From the NCBI GenBank assembly GCA_012517765.1, contig JAAYUI010000026.1:31843-95842 (forward strand): a stretch of DNA of 64,000 nt, written 5' to 3'. How positions within the stretch are numbered: position 1 is the stretch's first letter; every line of letters starts with the position of its first letter. This document shows positions 8,624 through 17,147 of this stretch, piece by piece. This stretch comes from Caldisericales bacterium (lineage in GTDB: Bacteria > Caldisericota > Caldisericia > JAAYUI01). The position numbers and the translations under genes are program-made. The notes beneath the pieces are model-generated. The model did no database searches, was not told the DNA's origin, and saw only the letters and a program-made list of their open reading frames with translations.

Positions 8624-9841
8624 TTACTGTTGCGGTAGCTTGCAACCTTCTCTAAGTTTTTCTCCAAGCAGAGCACCTAGCTCATAGCATTTTTTCAGAT
8701 CATCGTCTTTTGGAACGTGTTTTACCTTTAATGGGTCGGCAACGGGATTTACCTTCATCTCGCTCAGTATCTTTGCAATCTGGTCTGCTGCCTCGCCACT
8801 CCAGCCGTATGACCCGAATGAGGCACCTATGAGGTTCCTTGGTGAAAGGCCTTTCAGGTATGTAAGAATATCTGCAACCCTTGGCAACATGTTGCGATTG
8901 AGCGTTGACGAGCCAATTATCAAAGCACCTGCCTCAGTCAGTTCTGTGGCTATGAATGTCCTGTGTGATGATTCGAGTGGGTAAAGCATGACTTCGATGC
9001 CCTTCGAGTCAAGGCCCTCACAGATTGCTTTTGCCATCATTTCGGTTGAGTGCCACATCGTGTCGTAGACAACGATTGCCCTCTCGCAAAATTTCTGTGC
9101 GGCCATTTTTTTGTACAATTCGAGGATTTGTGGAATCCTTGACCGCCAGATTGGGCCATGGTCCGGTGCGATGGTTTTTATGTCCAGGTTCAATCCACCG
9201 AGCTTGTCGAAGAACTTGAGGACAAAATCGGAGTAGGGAAGAATTATGTTTGCATAGTAAGTTTTTGCTTCCCACTCCAGCATGTCCCAGGGGATCTCGT
9301 CGTCAAACTTTTTGTAGGTGCCAAGGTGCATTCCGAATGCGTCCTGCGAGAAAAGCAGTTTTTCGCTGTCCAGATAAGTCATCATGCTGTCTGGCCAGTG
9401 GAGCATCCTTGACTCGATGAATGTCGCATTCATGTTACCAAGATTGAGGGTTTCGCCGTCTTTTACGGGCGTTATCTCGCCTATGCCATGCAGCTCGTCC
9501 CTTAGCACAGAAGCTCCTACAGTGGAAGCAAAGACTTTTTCAGGTTTTATTGCTTCCATTGCCTCAATCAGGCACCCTGAATGGTCCATTTCGGCATGAT
9601 TCGAGATGATGTAATCAATTTTTGAAGGATCGACCACTGAAGAAATCCTTTCCATCATCTCTGAGAAATGCGGTTTCTTGACAGTGTCGATAAGTGTTAT
9701 CTTGTCAGCCATGACAAGATAGGCGTTGTAAGTCGTTCCCCTTGGTGTCCTGTATCCATGGAATTCCTTGAGGGAGCGGTCAATGACCCCGACCCACCAC
9801 ACTTTATCGGTAACCTTTACTGCTTTATATATCCCTGACAT
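8624..9841 (-). CDS. fprA: flavodiiron protein (FprA/Roo-type O2/NO reductase)
   Basis: 405 aa. Metallo-beta-lactamase-like diiron domain ([11 protein letters not shown]) plus a C-terminal flavodoxin-like domain. GGAGGA SD. Confidence 0.9.
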   Translation of the reverse strand: MSGIYKAVKVTDKVWWVGVIDRSLKEFHGYRTPRGTTYNAYLVMADKITLIDTVKKPHFSEMMERISSVVDPSKIDYIISNHAEMDHSGCLIEAMEAIKPEKVFASTVGASVLRDELHGIGEITPVKDGETLNLGNMNATFIESRMLHWPDSMMTYLDSEKLLFSQDAFGMHLGTYKKFDDEIPWDMLEWEAKTYYANIILPYSDFVLKFFDKLGGLNLDIKTIAPDHGPIWRSRIPQILELYKKMAAQKFCERAIVVYDTMWHSTEMMAKAICEGLDSKGIEVMLYPLESSHRTFIATELTEAGALIIGSSTLNRNMLPRVADILTYLKGLSPRNLIGASFGSYGWSGEAADQIAKILSEMKVNPVADPLKVKHVPKDDDLKKCYELGALLGEKLREGCKLPQQ

Positions 9842-9912
9842 TGTTCCTCCATTAAAAAATTACATAAGATGATATAAAAATAAAGCATTGCATTGAATTG
9901 CCTTTCATTATT

Positions 9913-10746
9913 CTATAAGACATGTTTTGCATGTTCTTTTGTGAGCTCTACTATCTCTTCAAGGAACGCCTCGTCTTCTTCTGTAAAGGGGGAGATTTTG
10001 TGCGAATCTATGTCCAGCTCGCCAATCACTTTGTCGCCATCGATTATCGGGACAACAATTTCCGATTTGACCCTGAACGAGCATGAGAGGTAGTTTGTTT
10101 CTTTTGAAACATCCTGAATGATGAAATTGGCTTTCTTGTCCGCGGCTTGCCCACAAATGCCCTGCCCGAAAGATATTCTTGTGTGCTCGGTTGGTTCGCC
10201 GGCATAAGGGCCAAGGACAAGCTCGTTTGGTTTGTTTGGGTCTGTAATATAGTAGCCAACCCAGTCGTAGTGTGGAACATTATTTTTGAGCAACAGGCAA
10301 ACTGCCTCGAGCGTTTCTCTTGGATTTTGTGTTTTTGTAAGCACGTTTTTTATCATGCCAATTACCTTTGAAAAACTTTCCTTGTGATCAGCTTCAAAGG
10401 ATGTCGTTTTTGCCTCGTCCCAGACGTCAAAGGCCCTCCTTATATGGGGAATTGTTATTGATCCTCCAACTATGAGACCGATTGTGAGCGTGTCAACCAG
10501 TTCCTCGTCACTGACATTCTTCTCCAGGCATTGCATGAGGTGGTAATTGATGCAGTCATCACAGCGGAGCACCAGTGAGGCGACAAGTCCCATCAGCTCC
10601 TTGGTTTTTTCCGTGAGGGCGCCAGCCTGGTAGCACCTGTAATCGAGCCCCATGAACTCTTTCATGGTTTTGCTGGCATATTCAGAGAGGACCTTGTTTA
10701 ATCTGTCGCGTTCATTTTTGAAGTTTTGAATCTTGGAGTTTTCCAT
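9913..10746 (-). CDS. fusion of an AhpD-like (carboxymuconolactone decarboxylase family) domain and a GAF-type free methionine-(R)-sulfoxide reductase domain
   Basis: N-terminal half has the AhpD-core CxxC-x3-H motif (RCDDCINYH). C-terminal half has fRMsr-like GICGQAA...NYLSCSFRVKSEIVVPI...GELDIDS. Confidence 0.75.
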   Translation of the reverse strand: MENSKIQNFKNERDRLNKVLSEYASKTMKEFMGLDYRCYQAGALTEKTKELMGLVASLVLRCDDCINYHLMQCLEKNVSDEELVDTLTIGLIVGGSITIPHIRRAFDVWDEAKTTSFEADHKESFSKVIGMIKNVLTKTQNPRETLEAVCLLLKNNVPHYDWVGYYITDPNKPNELVLGPYAGEPTEHTRISFGQGICGQAADKKANFIIQDVSKETNYLSCSFRVKSEIVVPIIDGDKVIGELDIDSHKISPFTEEDEAFLEEIVELTKEHAKHVL

Positions 10747-10752
10747 GTGCCC

Positions 10753-10780
10753 ATTTTACATTTTTTGGGTAAACTGCAAA
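10753..10780 (-). promoter_or_regulatory. candidate promoter giving a leaderless ahpD::fRMsr mRNA
   Basis: Minus strand: TTTGCA (10780-10775), 16-nt spacer, TAAAAT (10758-10753), then only 6 nt (gggcac) before ATG 10746. There is no SD, unlike most genes here. Confidence 0.3.
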
Positions 10781-10798
10781 ATATTTTCAAAAAATATT
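10780..10798. promoter_or_regulatory. perfect 8-3-8 palindrome (candidate operator)
   Basis: aatatttt-caa-aaaatatt on the plus strand. It abuts or overlaps the putative -35 of the ahpD::fRMsr gene, just downstream of the ferritin terminator. Confidence 0.4.
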
Positions 10799-10804
10799 CA
10801 GCAC

Positions 10805-10836
10805 AAAAAAAAGGCGGGGGAATGCCCCGCCTTTTT
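10805..10836 (-). terminator. rho-independent terminator after ferritin gene
   Basis: 7-bp GC stem ggcgggg (10813-10819) / ccccgcc (10825-10831). On the minus strand it is followed by an 8-nt U-run (plus-strand A-run 10805-10812). Confidence 0.8.
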
Positions 10837-10851
10837 GGGCAAGTGTGGTTT

Positions 10852-11364
10852 TTATGCTAGAGCTGAGCCCTCACCTGGCTTGCGGTGGCCAAGTCCCTGG
10901 TCCGCATAGATCAGTGACATACCTGAAGAACCTGCCCTCTCAAGCAGGGCAACTACTTCCTGGGTCTGTTTTTCTTCCTCTATCTGCTCCTCAAGGAACC
11001 AGTGGAGCAGTGGCATTGATGTGAAATCTTCGATTTCTTTGGCCACTTTCACAAGGTTGCATATTTTGGAAGAGATGAAGAGTTCATGATCATAGGCTTC
11101 TTTCCATGCCTGGAGTGGGTTTTCCCATGTGGCCTTCAGGACCGAGAGAGGATAGAGAATGACTTTTGCGCCGCGTTCCACAAGGTGGTTGAAAAATTTC
11201 ATTGCATGGACCATTTCTTCATGCGCCTGTGCCCTCATCCAGCCTGCCATCCCGTCGAGGTTCTGCTCGTGGAAATACGCTGCCATGTTCAGGTAGAGAT
11301 AGTAGGACTCAAGCTCGTGTTTTATCTGTTCGTTCATCAACTCGTGCATTTTGTTTGGAACCAT
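10852..11364 (-). CDS. ftn: ferritin (non-heme, Ftn-like)
   Basis: 170 aa with a ferritin-like diiron four-helix signature (ELESYYLYLNMAAYF, EEMVHAMKF). Abuts the dfx stop. Confidence 0.85.
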   Translation of the reverse strand: MVPNKMHELMNEQIKHELESYYLYLNMAAYFHEQNLDGMAGWMRAQAHEEMVHAMKFFNHLVERGAKVILYPLSVLKATWENPLQAWKEAYDHELFISSKICNLVKVAKEIEDFTSMPLLHWFLEEQIEEEKQTQEVVALLERAGSSGMSLIYADQGLGHRKPGEGSALA

Positions 11365-11748
11365 TTACATCTCTCCTTTCCAGAGGCCGTGAATGTTGCA
11401 GTATTCCCTTGCTACCACCTTGTCCGGATGGACATTGAATGTCGCCTCTGGCGGGTCGCCTGGTTTCAGGAACTGTCTGCAAGCCTTGTCACCAAATATA
11501 ATTTGTATCCACTCAATGTAGTGCTTTTCTTCCATCGGATGGGCAACAGCCCCGATCTTTACTTTTACCCCTTCTTGTGTGTGCTCAATGACCGGGACAT
11601 GTTTTTCTTTTGAGGCATCAACCGTGTTTTCCTGCTGGAGGACCATCGGTTTGTTGCAACAGACAAGTGTTCCCATACCACCATGAACAACTTCAACGAT
11701 GTTTCCACAAATTTCGCACTTGTAAATCTCAAGCTTGTTTGCCATCAA
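11365..11748 (-). CDS. dfx: desulfoferrodoxin (2Fe superoxide reductase)
   Basis: N-terminal desulforedoxin motif CEICGN...CC. C-terminal SOR centre residues ([25 protein letters not shown]). Confidence 0.9.
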   Translation of the reverse strand: MMANKLEIYKCEICGNIVEVVHGGMGTLVCCNKPMVLQQENTVDASKEKHVPVIEHTQEGVKVKIGAVAHPMEEKHYIEWIQIIFGDKACRQFLKPGDPPEATFNVHPDKVVAREYCNIHGLWKGEM

Positions 11749-11778
11749 TCCTCCTCTTTCCCTTTTTAGATTTGTTTA

Positions 11779-12354
11779 TTACCAGTTTTCTGCCAGAACT
11801 TCATAGTATGCCCTTGGATGATTACAGGCTGGGCAAAGCTCTGGGGCCTCGGTACCTTCGTGGAGGTAGCCACAGTTCCTGCATCTCCAGATGGTTTTGT
11901 GCTCCCTGCTAAAAACCCTTCCCTTTTCGATATTTGCTGCTAGCGCACGGTATCTTTTTTCGTGCTGTTTCTCGGCGTTTGCGATTGCCATAAAGACTGC
12001 TGCTATCTGTATAAAGCCTTCCTTCTCGGCAATTTTGGCAAACTCTGGATACATAACCATGTGTTCGTGGTTTTCACCACCAGCTGCTTCAAGAAGGTTT
12101 TCAAGTGTTGTGCTTATTATGCCTGCAGGAAAAGTGGCTGTTATTTCAAGATCGCCACCCTCAAGGAACTTGAAGAGTCTTTTTGCATGCTCTTTCTCCT
12201 GGTTTGCTGTTTCCTCAAAAATATCAGCAATTTGCATAAACCCTTCATCCCTTGCCTTTGAGGCAAAGTAGGTGTAGCGGTTTCTTGCCTGTGATTCTCC
12301 AGCAAAGGCCATCAGCAGGTTCTTTTCAGTAGTTGATCCTTTCAGGTTGCTCAT
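11779..12354 (-). CDS. rbr: rubrerythrin
   Basis: N-terminal diiron ferritin-like domain (two EXXH). C-terminal rubredoxin-like CRNCG...CPAC. AGGAGG SD. Confidence 0.9.
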   Translation of the reverse strand: MSNLKGSTTEKNLLMAFAGESQARNRYTYFASKARDEGFMQIADIFEETANQEKEHAKRLFKFLEGGDLEITATFPAGIISTTLENLLEAAGGENHEHMVMYPEFAKIAEKEGFIQIAAVFMAIANAEKQHEKRYRALAANIEKGRVFSREHKTIWRCRNCGYLHEGTEAPELCPACNHPRAYYEVLAENW

Positions 12355-12409
12355 AATTTCCTCCTTGTTTTTATTTTAATCAATACTTCAGATTTTTTCA
12401 AATTTCATT

Positions 12410-12895
12410 TTACAATGTACTGGCTTCCTCTCCGGTGTTTTCTGCCTTGGCAGGTTTCAGCTCAGGAAGCTCTTCCAGACTTGTTTTTCCTTCATTGGTT
12501 TCCCCATTTTTCTGGCACTTGGGACATATGCCGATAAATTCGAATTTACAATCAAGAACCTCATAATCGCTTTTTTTGTTAACAAACTCCATGACGTGCG
12601 CAGTTTTTTCAAATTTGATGTCATCAACCCTTCCGCATTTTGTGCATCTGATGTGGTGGTGTATAGAAAGCGTTGCATCATAGCGTGTCTGCCCTTCAGA
12701 AAACTGGATCTTCCTTGCGAGGCCCTCCTCACATAGGATTTCAAGGTTTCTGTATATGGTGCTGAGGCTTATTCCAGGTAATCTGCCCCTCACTTTTGCA
12801 TACAATTCATCTGCCGTGGGGTGGTTAAGTACTTTTCTTAATTCTTCAAAGACTACCATTCTTTGCACTGTTGTCCGTCTGGCCACTTTTTTCAT
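12410..12895 (-). CDS. perR: Fur-family peroxide-type regulator (PerR-like) with acidic C-terminal tail
   Basis: Start reset to ATG 12895 (AAGGA 5 nt upstream). Winged helix (TVQRMVVFEEL...HPTADELY) and structural Zn site CTKCG...CPKC. It heads the rbr-dfx-ftn genes with no intervening terminator. Confidence 0.75.
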   Translation of the reverse strand: MKKVARRTTVQRMVVFEELRKVLNHPTADELYAKVRGRLPGISLSTIYRNLEILCEEGLARKIQFSEGQTRYDATLSIHHHIRCTKCGRVDDIKFEKTAHVMEFVNKKSDYEVLDCKFEFIGICPKCQKNGETNEGKTSLEELPELKPAKAENTGEEASTL

Positions 12896-12918
12896 GTTGT
12901 CCTTATTCATAACGCAAT

Positions 12919-12934
12919 CTATTATTGATAATAG
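12919..12934. promoter_or_regulatory. Fur/PerR-box-like 7-2-7 inverted repeat
   Basis: ctattat-tg-ataatag contains a TGATAAT half-site. It overlaps the predicted -10 of the perR promoter. Confidence 0.45.
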
Positions 12935-12955
12935 CCTTCCAGATTTTTTTGTCAA
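12928..12955 (-). promoter_or_regulatory. candidate perR-rbr-dfx-ftn promoter
   Basis: Minus strand: TTGACA (12955-12950), 16-nt spacer, TATTAT (12933-12928). Confidence 0.45.
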
Positions 12956-13022
12956 CCTACAGGAATTAACAAAAAACATTTCACATTTTTAACACAGATT
13001 TACAGGAATCTTTGCTAATATC

Positions 13023-14051
13023 ATGGAAAGAATGAAAGAAGACAGGTCAAGGTCAGAGCTGATATTGACCATTCTAGTCAGCCTGTATATTGAAAAAGGC
13101 GAGCCCATATCGTCAGAAGAGATCACTTCAAAGATGCCCTTCAAGGTCTCCCCTGCGACGGTGCGCAATGAGCTAGCAACCCTCGAGGAACAGGGGCTTC
13201 TTTTGAGGCAACATGTGTCATCAGGCAGGATACCAAGCTACAGGGCATACAGATTGTATGTTGACAGGCTCCTTGAATCAGGAAAACTCAAACCTTCAAA
13301 CCTCAACGTGGAACTTCCGGAACACCGAAGGCTCGAAGCCGTACTCAGGGCTGTATCAATGACGCTATCCGAACACACCAGAACCGCATCACTTGTCATG
13401 TTCCCGCTTGCCAGAAAGCTCAAGATAAAATCTTTCCACCTTCTTGGAATATCACCAAACAGGGTGCTTCTGGTCATTGTGGTCAATGCCGAAGACATAA
13501 GGGAGTTTATCCTCTCCATGCCCCTTGTGCCTGAACAGGACCTTCTGGACAGGATTTCAAGGGCCATATATTCCAAGATAGAATCAAGACAAAACTGGAC
13601 ACCGATACAGGTCTTGCAGGATATTGTTCGTGACAATCAGGATCTTGCAATGGAAAAAGACCTGATTCTGAATGTTTTGCAGCTTATAAGGGAGATAGCT
13701 TCAAAGGAAGCCGTCCAGATATATATGGAGGGCACACACAGGCTGCTCCTGAACCCAGAGCTTGCCGACATCAACAAGGCAAGACAGCTTATCGCGGCCC
13801 TTTCTGCACAGGACGGGCTTAGGGACCTTCTTCTGGACACTGTCACAAAAGGTAAGCTGGACATTGTTCTTGGCTCCGAGGCAAGGCGTCCTGAAATGGA
13901 AGATGTTGCATACATTGGGGCACCGTATCAGGTGGATGACGCAATCGGTGTGCTCTCGCTTATCGGGCCACTAAGGATGAATTATGCCCTCATGTTTGGC
14001 GCACTTACGACAATCGCAAGCAAACTCGAAAAGGAGCTCAAAAAAGAATAA
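13023..14051 (+). CDS. hrcA: heat-inducible transcription repressor HrcA
   Basis: 342 aa. N-terminal winged helix (ILTILVSLYIEKGEPISSEEI...VRNELATLEEQGLL) plus the HrcA C-terminal domain. Confidence 0.9.
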   Translation: MERMKEDRSRSELILTILVSLYIEKGEPISSEEITSKMPFKVSPATVRNELATLEEQGLLLRQHVSSGRIPSYRAYRLYVDRLLESGKLKPSNLNVELPEHRRLEAVLRAVSMTLSEHTRTASLVMFPLARKLKIKSFHLLGISPNRVLLVIVVNAEDIREFILSMPLVPEQDLLDRISRAIYSKIESRQNWTPIQVLQDIVRDNQDLAMEKDLILNVLQLIREIASKEAVQIYMEGTHRLLLNPELADINKARQLIAALSAQDGLRDLLLDTVTKGKLDIVLGSEARRPEMEDVAYIGAPYQVDDAIGVLSLIGPLRMNYALMFGALTTIASKLEKELKKE

Positions 14052-14764
14052 TGCACAGGTTCTATGTCCAGGGCGGCAAGCCTGTCCTGAAAGAAGGAGA
14101 TTTCCAGCATGCAATAGTGGTCCTCAGGCTGGAAGAGGGCGAGGAGATAGAGATCATTCAAGGACTTGGGCAGCGCCATCTGGCCAAGATAGGAAAGATT
14201 GACCTGAAATCAAAGCAGGCAGAACTGGTCATGGGCGAAAAAATAGAGGAAAGTGTTGAACCACCTTGCAGGATTACCCTTCTTCAGGGCGTCCCGAGGA
14301 TGGACAAGCTTGGAGACATCATTGAGGCATGCACGCAATTAGGCGTTTCAAAATTCGTACTTGTCAATTGCAGAAGAACGCAGGGAAGGTATCCCCAGGA
14401 CAGGTGGGACAAGAAAATCCATAGCCTCGGCATAACTGCGAAGTGTGCCGCAGAGCTCTCAGCCAGGGAGATAGTGCCGGAAATAATCGGACCAATTGAT
14501 TTTGAGAAGGCGATAGGATTTTCTGGAGGGACCAAGCTCATACCGTGGGAGCTCGAACAGGGCGTTCATATAGCAAAATCAATAAAGGGCCAGCCATCTG
14601 AGGTCACAATCGCAATCGGACCGGAAGGTGGCCTTGAACATTCCGAAATCGAGTTTGCAAAATCAAATGGTTTTGTACCTGTAACGCTTGGCCCGAGAAT
14701 TTTAAGGGCAGAGCTTGCCCCTGTTGTTGCAATTTCCCAGGTGCTGTCACAGATTGAGGCATGA
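14051..14764 (+). CDS. rsmE: 16S rRNA (uracil1498-N3)-methyltransferase RsmE
   Basis: MHRFYV start, PUA-like N-domain, SPOUT C-domain with IGPEGGL and LGPRILRAE motifs. Confidence 0.9.
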   Translation: MHRFYVQGGKPVLKEGDFQHAIVVLRLEEGEEIEIIQGLGQRHLAKIGKIDLKSKQAELVMGEKIEESVEPPCRITLLQGVPRMDKLGDIIEACTQLGVSKFVLVNCRRTQGRYPQDRWDKKIHSLGITAKCAAELSAREIVPEIIGPIDFEKAIGFSGGTKLIPWELEQGVHIAKSIKGQPSEVTIAIGPEGGLEHSEIEFAKSNGFVPVTLGPRILRAELAPVVAISQVLSQIEA

Positions 14765-14765
14765 A

Positions 14766-15938
14766 TTGAATTTCTCTGTAATCAGCTTTGGTTGTAAAGT
14801 CAACCAATATCAGGGAGAACTGCTCAGAGAGAACCTTGTTTCACTGGGTCTTGTGGAAACCACATCTCCTCCCTATGACCTTGTTTTTGTGAATGGATGC
14901 ATGGTCACGGAAACGGCTTCCAGGGAGGCCATGAGGCTTGCAAGGAAGCACTCGTCAACAGCGAGAGTTTTCCTTACGGGGTGTCTCGGCAAAAACAACC
15001 CGAAAGACGGTTTTGAGTTTATTGATCCTGATGCGCTTGAGGAGTTGCCAAAAAAACTTGGTTTGCAAGGAAGCGTAAAGTCACAAATAAGCACATTTCT
15101 TGGCCATACCAGAGCGATGGTGCTTGTCCAGCTTGGATGCAACAATTTCTGCTCATATTGCATTGTTCCTCATGTTAGAGGGGAACCAAGGGACAGGCCG
15201 GCAAAAGAAATTGTTGAGGAAACCAGAAAGCTGGAGTCCTCTGGATTCAGAGAGATTGTTCTGTGTGGCACCGAACTTGGGCATAGAAAAGACCTTCCAG
15301 ATCTTGTAAAATCAATATCTGATGTTGATGGAGTGGAGCGAATAAGGCTTTCTTCCATAAACCCGAGACATCTTTCCCCATTAATGGTGAAAGAGCTGCT
15401 CTCAATCGACAAGGTCGCGCCGCATTTGCACTTGCCATTGCAGTCTGGCTCCGACAGGGTGCTTGGCCTTATGAACAGGGGGTATGACCAGAAGCACTTT
15501 TTGCAGCTGGTTGATGCGGCAAGGGAGGGCAGGGACGAGATTGGCATAACAACTGACATTCTGGTTGGCTTCCCTGGGGAGAATAAAAACGATTTTGAAG
15601 AAACCATTAAAGTTATGGAAATGGCAGCTTTTTCCAGATGCCATGTGTTCCCGTTTTCAAAACGCCCCGGAACAAAGGCGTATGGCATGGAGCCAGTTCT
15701 GGATGGAACCATAAAGGCGCGGGCAAGAGATGCCAGAGCAAGGGCATCTTCACTTGCAAGGCAAGCAATTTCTGCTATGATAAATCGTTGCACCAAAGTC
15801 CTTGTCGAGTCGGACTGCGAAGGCTTTTCAGGTTCTTACCTGCGTGTTAGGATAGATGGAAAGGCCAATGTGGGTGACTTGGTGCCAGTAAGAATCACTG
15901 GCAAAGAAAAAGAGGGCCTGGTTGGAGAGAAGATTTGA
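14766..15938 (+). CDS. mtaB: radical-SAM methylthiotransferase, MtaB-like
   Basis: Probable TTG start at 14766, directly after the rsmE stop. UPF0004 N-domain (SFGCKVNQ), radical SAM CNNFCSYC, C-terminal TRAM domain. Confidence 0.85.
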   Translation: MNFSVISFGCKVNQYQGELLRENLVSLGLVETTSPPYDLVFVNGCMVTETASREAMRLARKHSSTARVFLTGCLGKNNPKDGFEFIDPDALEELPKKLGLQGSVKSQISTFLGHTRAMVLVQLGCNNFCSYCIVPHVRGEPRDRPAKEIVEETRKLESSGFREIVLCGTELGHRKDLPDLVKSISDVDGVERIRLSSINPRHLSPLMVKELLSIDKVAPHLHLPLQSGSDRVLGLMNRGYDQKHFLQLVDAAREGRDEIGITTDILVGFPGENKNDFEETIKVMEMAAFSRCHVFPFSKRPGTKAYGMEPVLDGTIKARARDARARASSLARQAISAMINRCTKVLVESDCEGFSGSYLRVRIDGKANVGDLVPVRITGKEKEGLVGEKI

Positions 15939-16567
15939 CTGAGAACAATAAGAAGACATCGTATTTTATTAACAAATATGGCTCTTTTGTCATCGCCATG
16001 CTTGGTTTTGTTGCGCTTGTTGCGGTTTCGTTTTTCCTCAACAGGAACGAGACTGATGGAAAACTGACCTGGTTTTGGGGAAGCATGGTTTTCTTTGCTG
16101 CATGGCCGATCGAATCTGCCATCTTCACTTTTCTGGCCCAGTCTTTCTGGCAACATTTTGCAGGGGCCATGATGCTTGCTTTTTGCCTTGCTCTGGGCAA
16201 TTTTCTTCAGACCCAGACACTCACATGGTCACTGCTTCTTGCTCCGGCATGCCTGCTTTGGCCGGTGGCATATGCCGTCTGGGCGCTTGTAAAAAAAATT
16301 TCCAGATCAAACCTTCTGGCCTCTCTGGCCGGCTGGTTTGTTGTATCTGCCGTTGCTGTTGCTGCAGAATGGCTTGTAATGAAGCGTTTTACATGGTCAC
16401 TCACCTTGGTGATCTGCCTTGCTTTCTGGCCTGCAGTGTCGCTTGCCTACATCCAGGACGATAATCCTCGCAAGACCCAGACAGAAGCTGGCGGGGCTGT
16501 GCCGGATACTCAAATTGTGGCAAGCGCTGAAGAACCAGAGCAAGAAAAGGAAGATAAAAATGAGTGA
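15935..16567 (+). CDS. hypothetical polytopic membrane protein with acidic tail
   Basis: TTGA overlap with the mtaB stop. About 5 hydrophobic helices and a C-terminal EEPEQEKEDKNE tail. Confidence 0.55.
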   Translation: MTENNKKTSYFINKYGSFVIAMLGFVALVAVSFFLNRNETDGKLTWFWGSMVFFAAWPIESAIFTFLAQSFWQHFAGAMMLAFCLALGNFLQTQTLTWSLLLAPACLLWPVAYAVWALVKKISRSNLLASLAGWFVVSAVAVAAEWLVMKRFTWSLTLVICLAFWPAVSLAYIQDDNPRKTQTEAGGAVPDTQIVASAEEPEQEKEDKNE

Positions 16568-16892
16568 TTGTATCTTCTGTAAAATAGTTGCTGGTGAAGT
16601 TCCCTCAAAGAAGGTCTATGAGGATGAGGATTTCATTTGTTTTCATGATATTCATCCGGCAGCCAGCGTTCATGTGCTGGTTGTGCCGAAAAAACATTTT
16701 TCAAGCCTGAACGAGCTTGATGACCCCGAGCTTGCAGGCAAGCTTTTCCTGGCCGTACCCAAGATAGCAAGAATACTTGGCGTGGATGGTGCCTACAGGA
16801 CTGTTGTGAATACGGGAAAAGGTGCCGGGCAGAGTGTTGCCCACATCCATCTCCATATCCTCGGTGGCCCCAGGATTGGCATGCCAGAGTGA
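16560..16892 (+). CDS. HIT-family (HinT-like) nucleotide hydrolase
   Basis: Start reset to ATG 16560 (MSDCIFCKIVAGE). Histidine triad HIHLHILGG. Confidence 0.9.
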   Translation: MSDCIFCKIVAGEVPSKKVYEDEDFICFHDIHPAASVHVLVVPKKHFSSLNELDDPELAGKLFLAVPKIARILGVDGAYRTVVNTGKGAGQSVAHIHLHILGGPRIGMPE

Positions 16893-16919
16893 GCCGACAG
16901 GAAGGGGGTGATTAAATAA

Positions 16920-17096
16920 ATGCAAGAACTGAAGCGTAAAGACAATGAAACTTTTGATTCGATGTTCCACAGATTCCAGCAGGTTTGTCTGAAGGACGGC
17001 ATCTTTGCCGAGATCCGCAAGAGAGAGTATTTCATGCCCCCTTCGATCAAACGCAAAAAAAAGAGAGCAAAAGCCAAGAAGGGAAAGAGGTTTTAA
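16920..17096 (+). CDS. rpsU: 30S ribosomal protein S21
   Basis: 58 aa, below the ORF-track cutoff. MQELKRKDNETFDSMFHRFQQVCLKDGIFAEIRKREYFMPPSIKRKKKRAKAKKGKRF matches the S21 pattern (ESFD..l.RFkr.c.k.G...e.r.r..yekPs.krk). Confidence 0.85.
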   Translation: MQELKRKDNETFDSMFHRFQQVCLKDGIFAEIRKREYFMPPSIKRKKKRAKAKKGKRF

Positions 17097-17105
17097 TGTA
17101 AACAG

Positions 17106-17138
17106 GGGCCCCAGGAATGCATCATTTGGGGCCCTTTT
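17106..17138 (+). terminator. candidate terminator or attenuating hairpin after rpsU
   Basis: 7-bp GC stem gggcccc (17106-17112) / ggggccc (17128-17134), 15-nt loop, then tttt. Confidence 0.45.
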
Positions 17139-17147
17139 ACAAAAAAG

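Noticed and set aside
9842-9912. PerR-type operator upstream of fprA
   Set aside because: I looked for the 12919-12934 repeat or any TTATAAT/ATTATAA-type palindrome and found only AT-rich sequence with a weak TTCAAT-17-TATCAT promoter candidate.
12956-13022. CIRCE operator (TTAGCACTC-N9-GAGTGCTAA) upstream of hrcA
   Set aside because: I read both strands of the hrcA/perR intergenic region and found no match beyond chance. The only strong inverted repeat there is the Fur/PerR-like 12919-12934 element.
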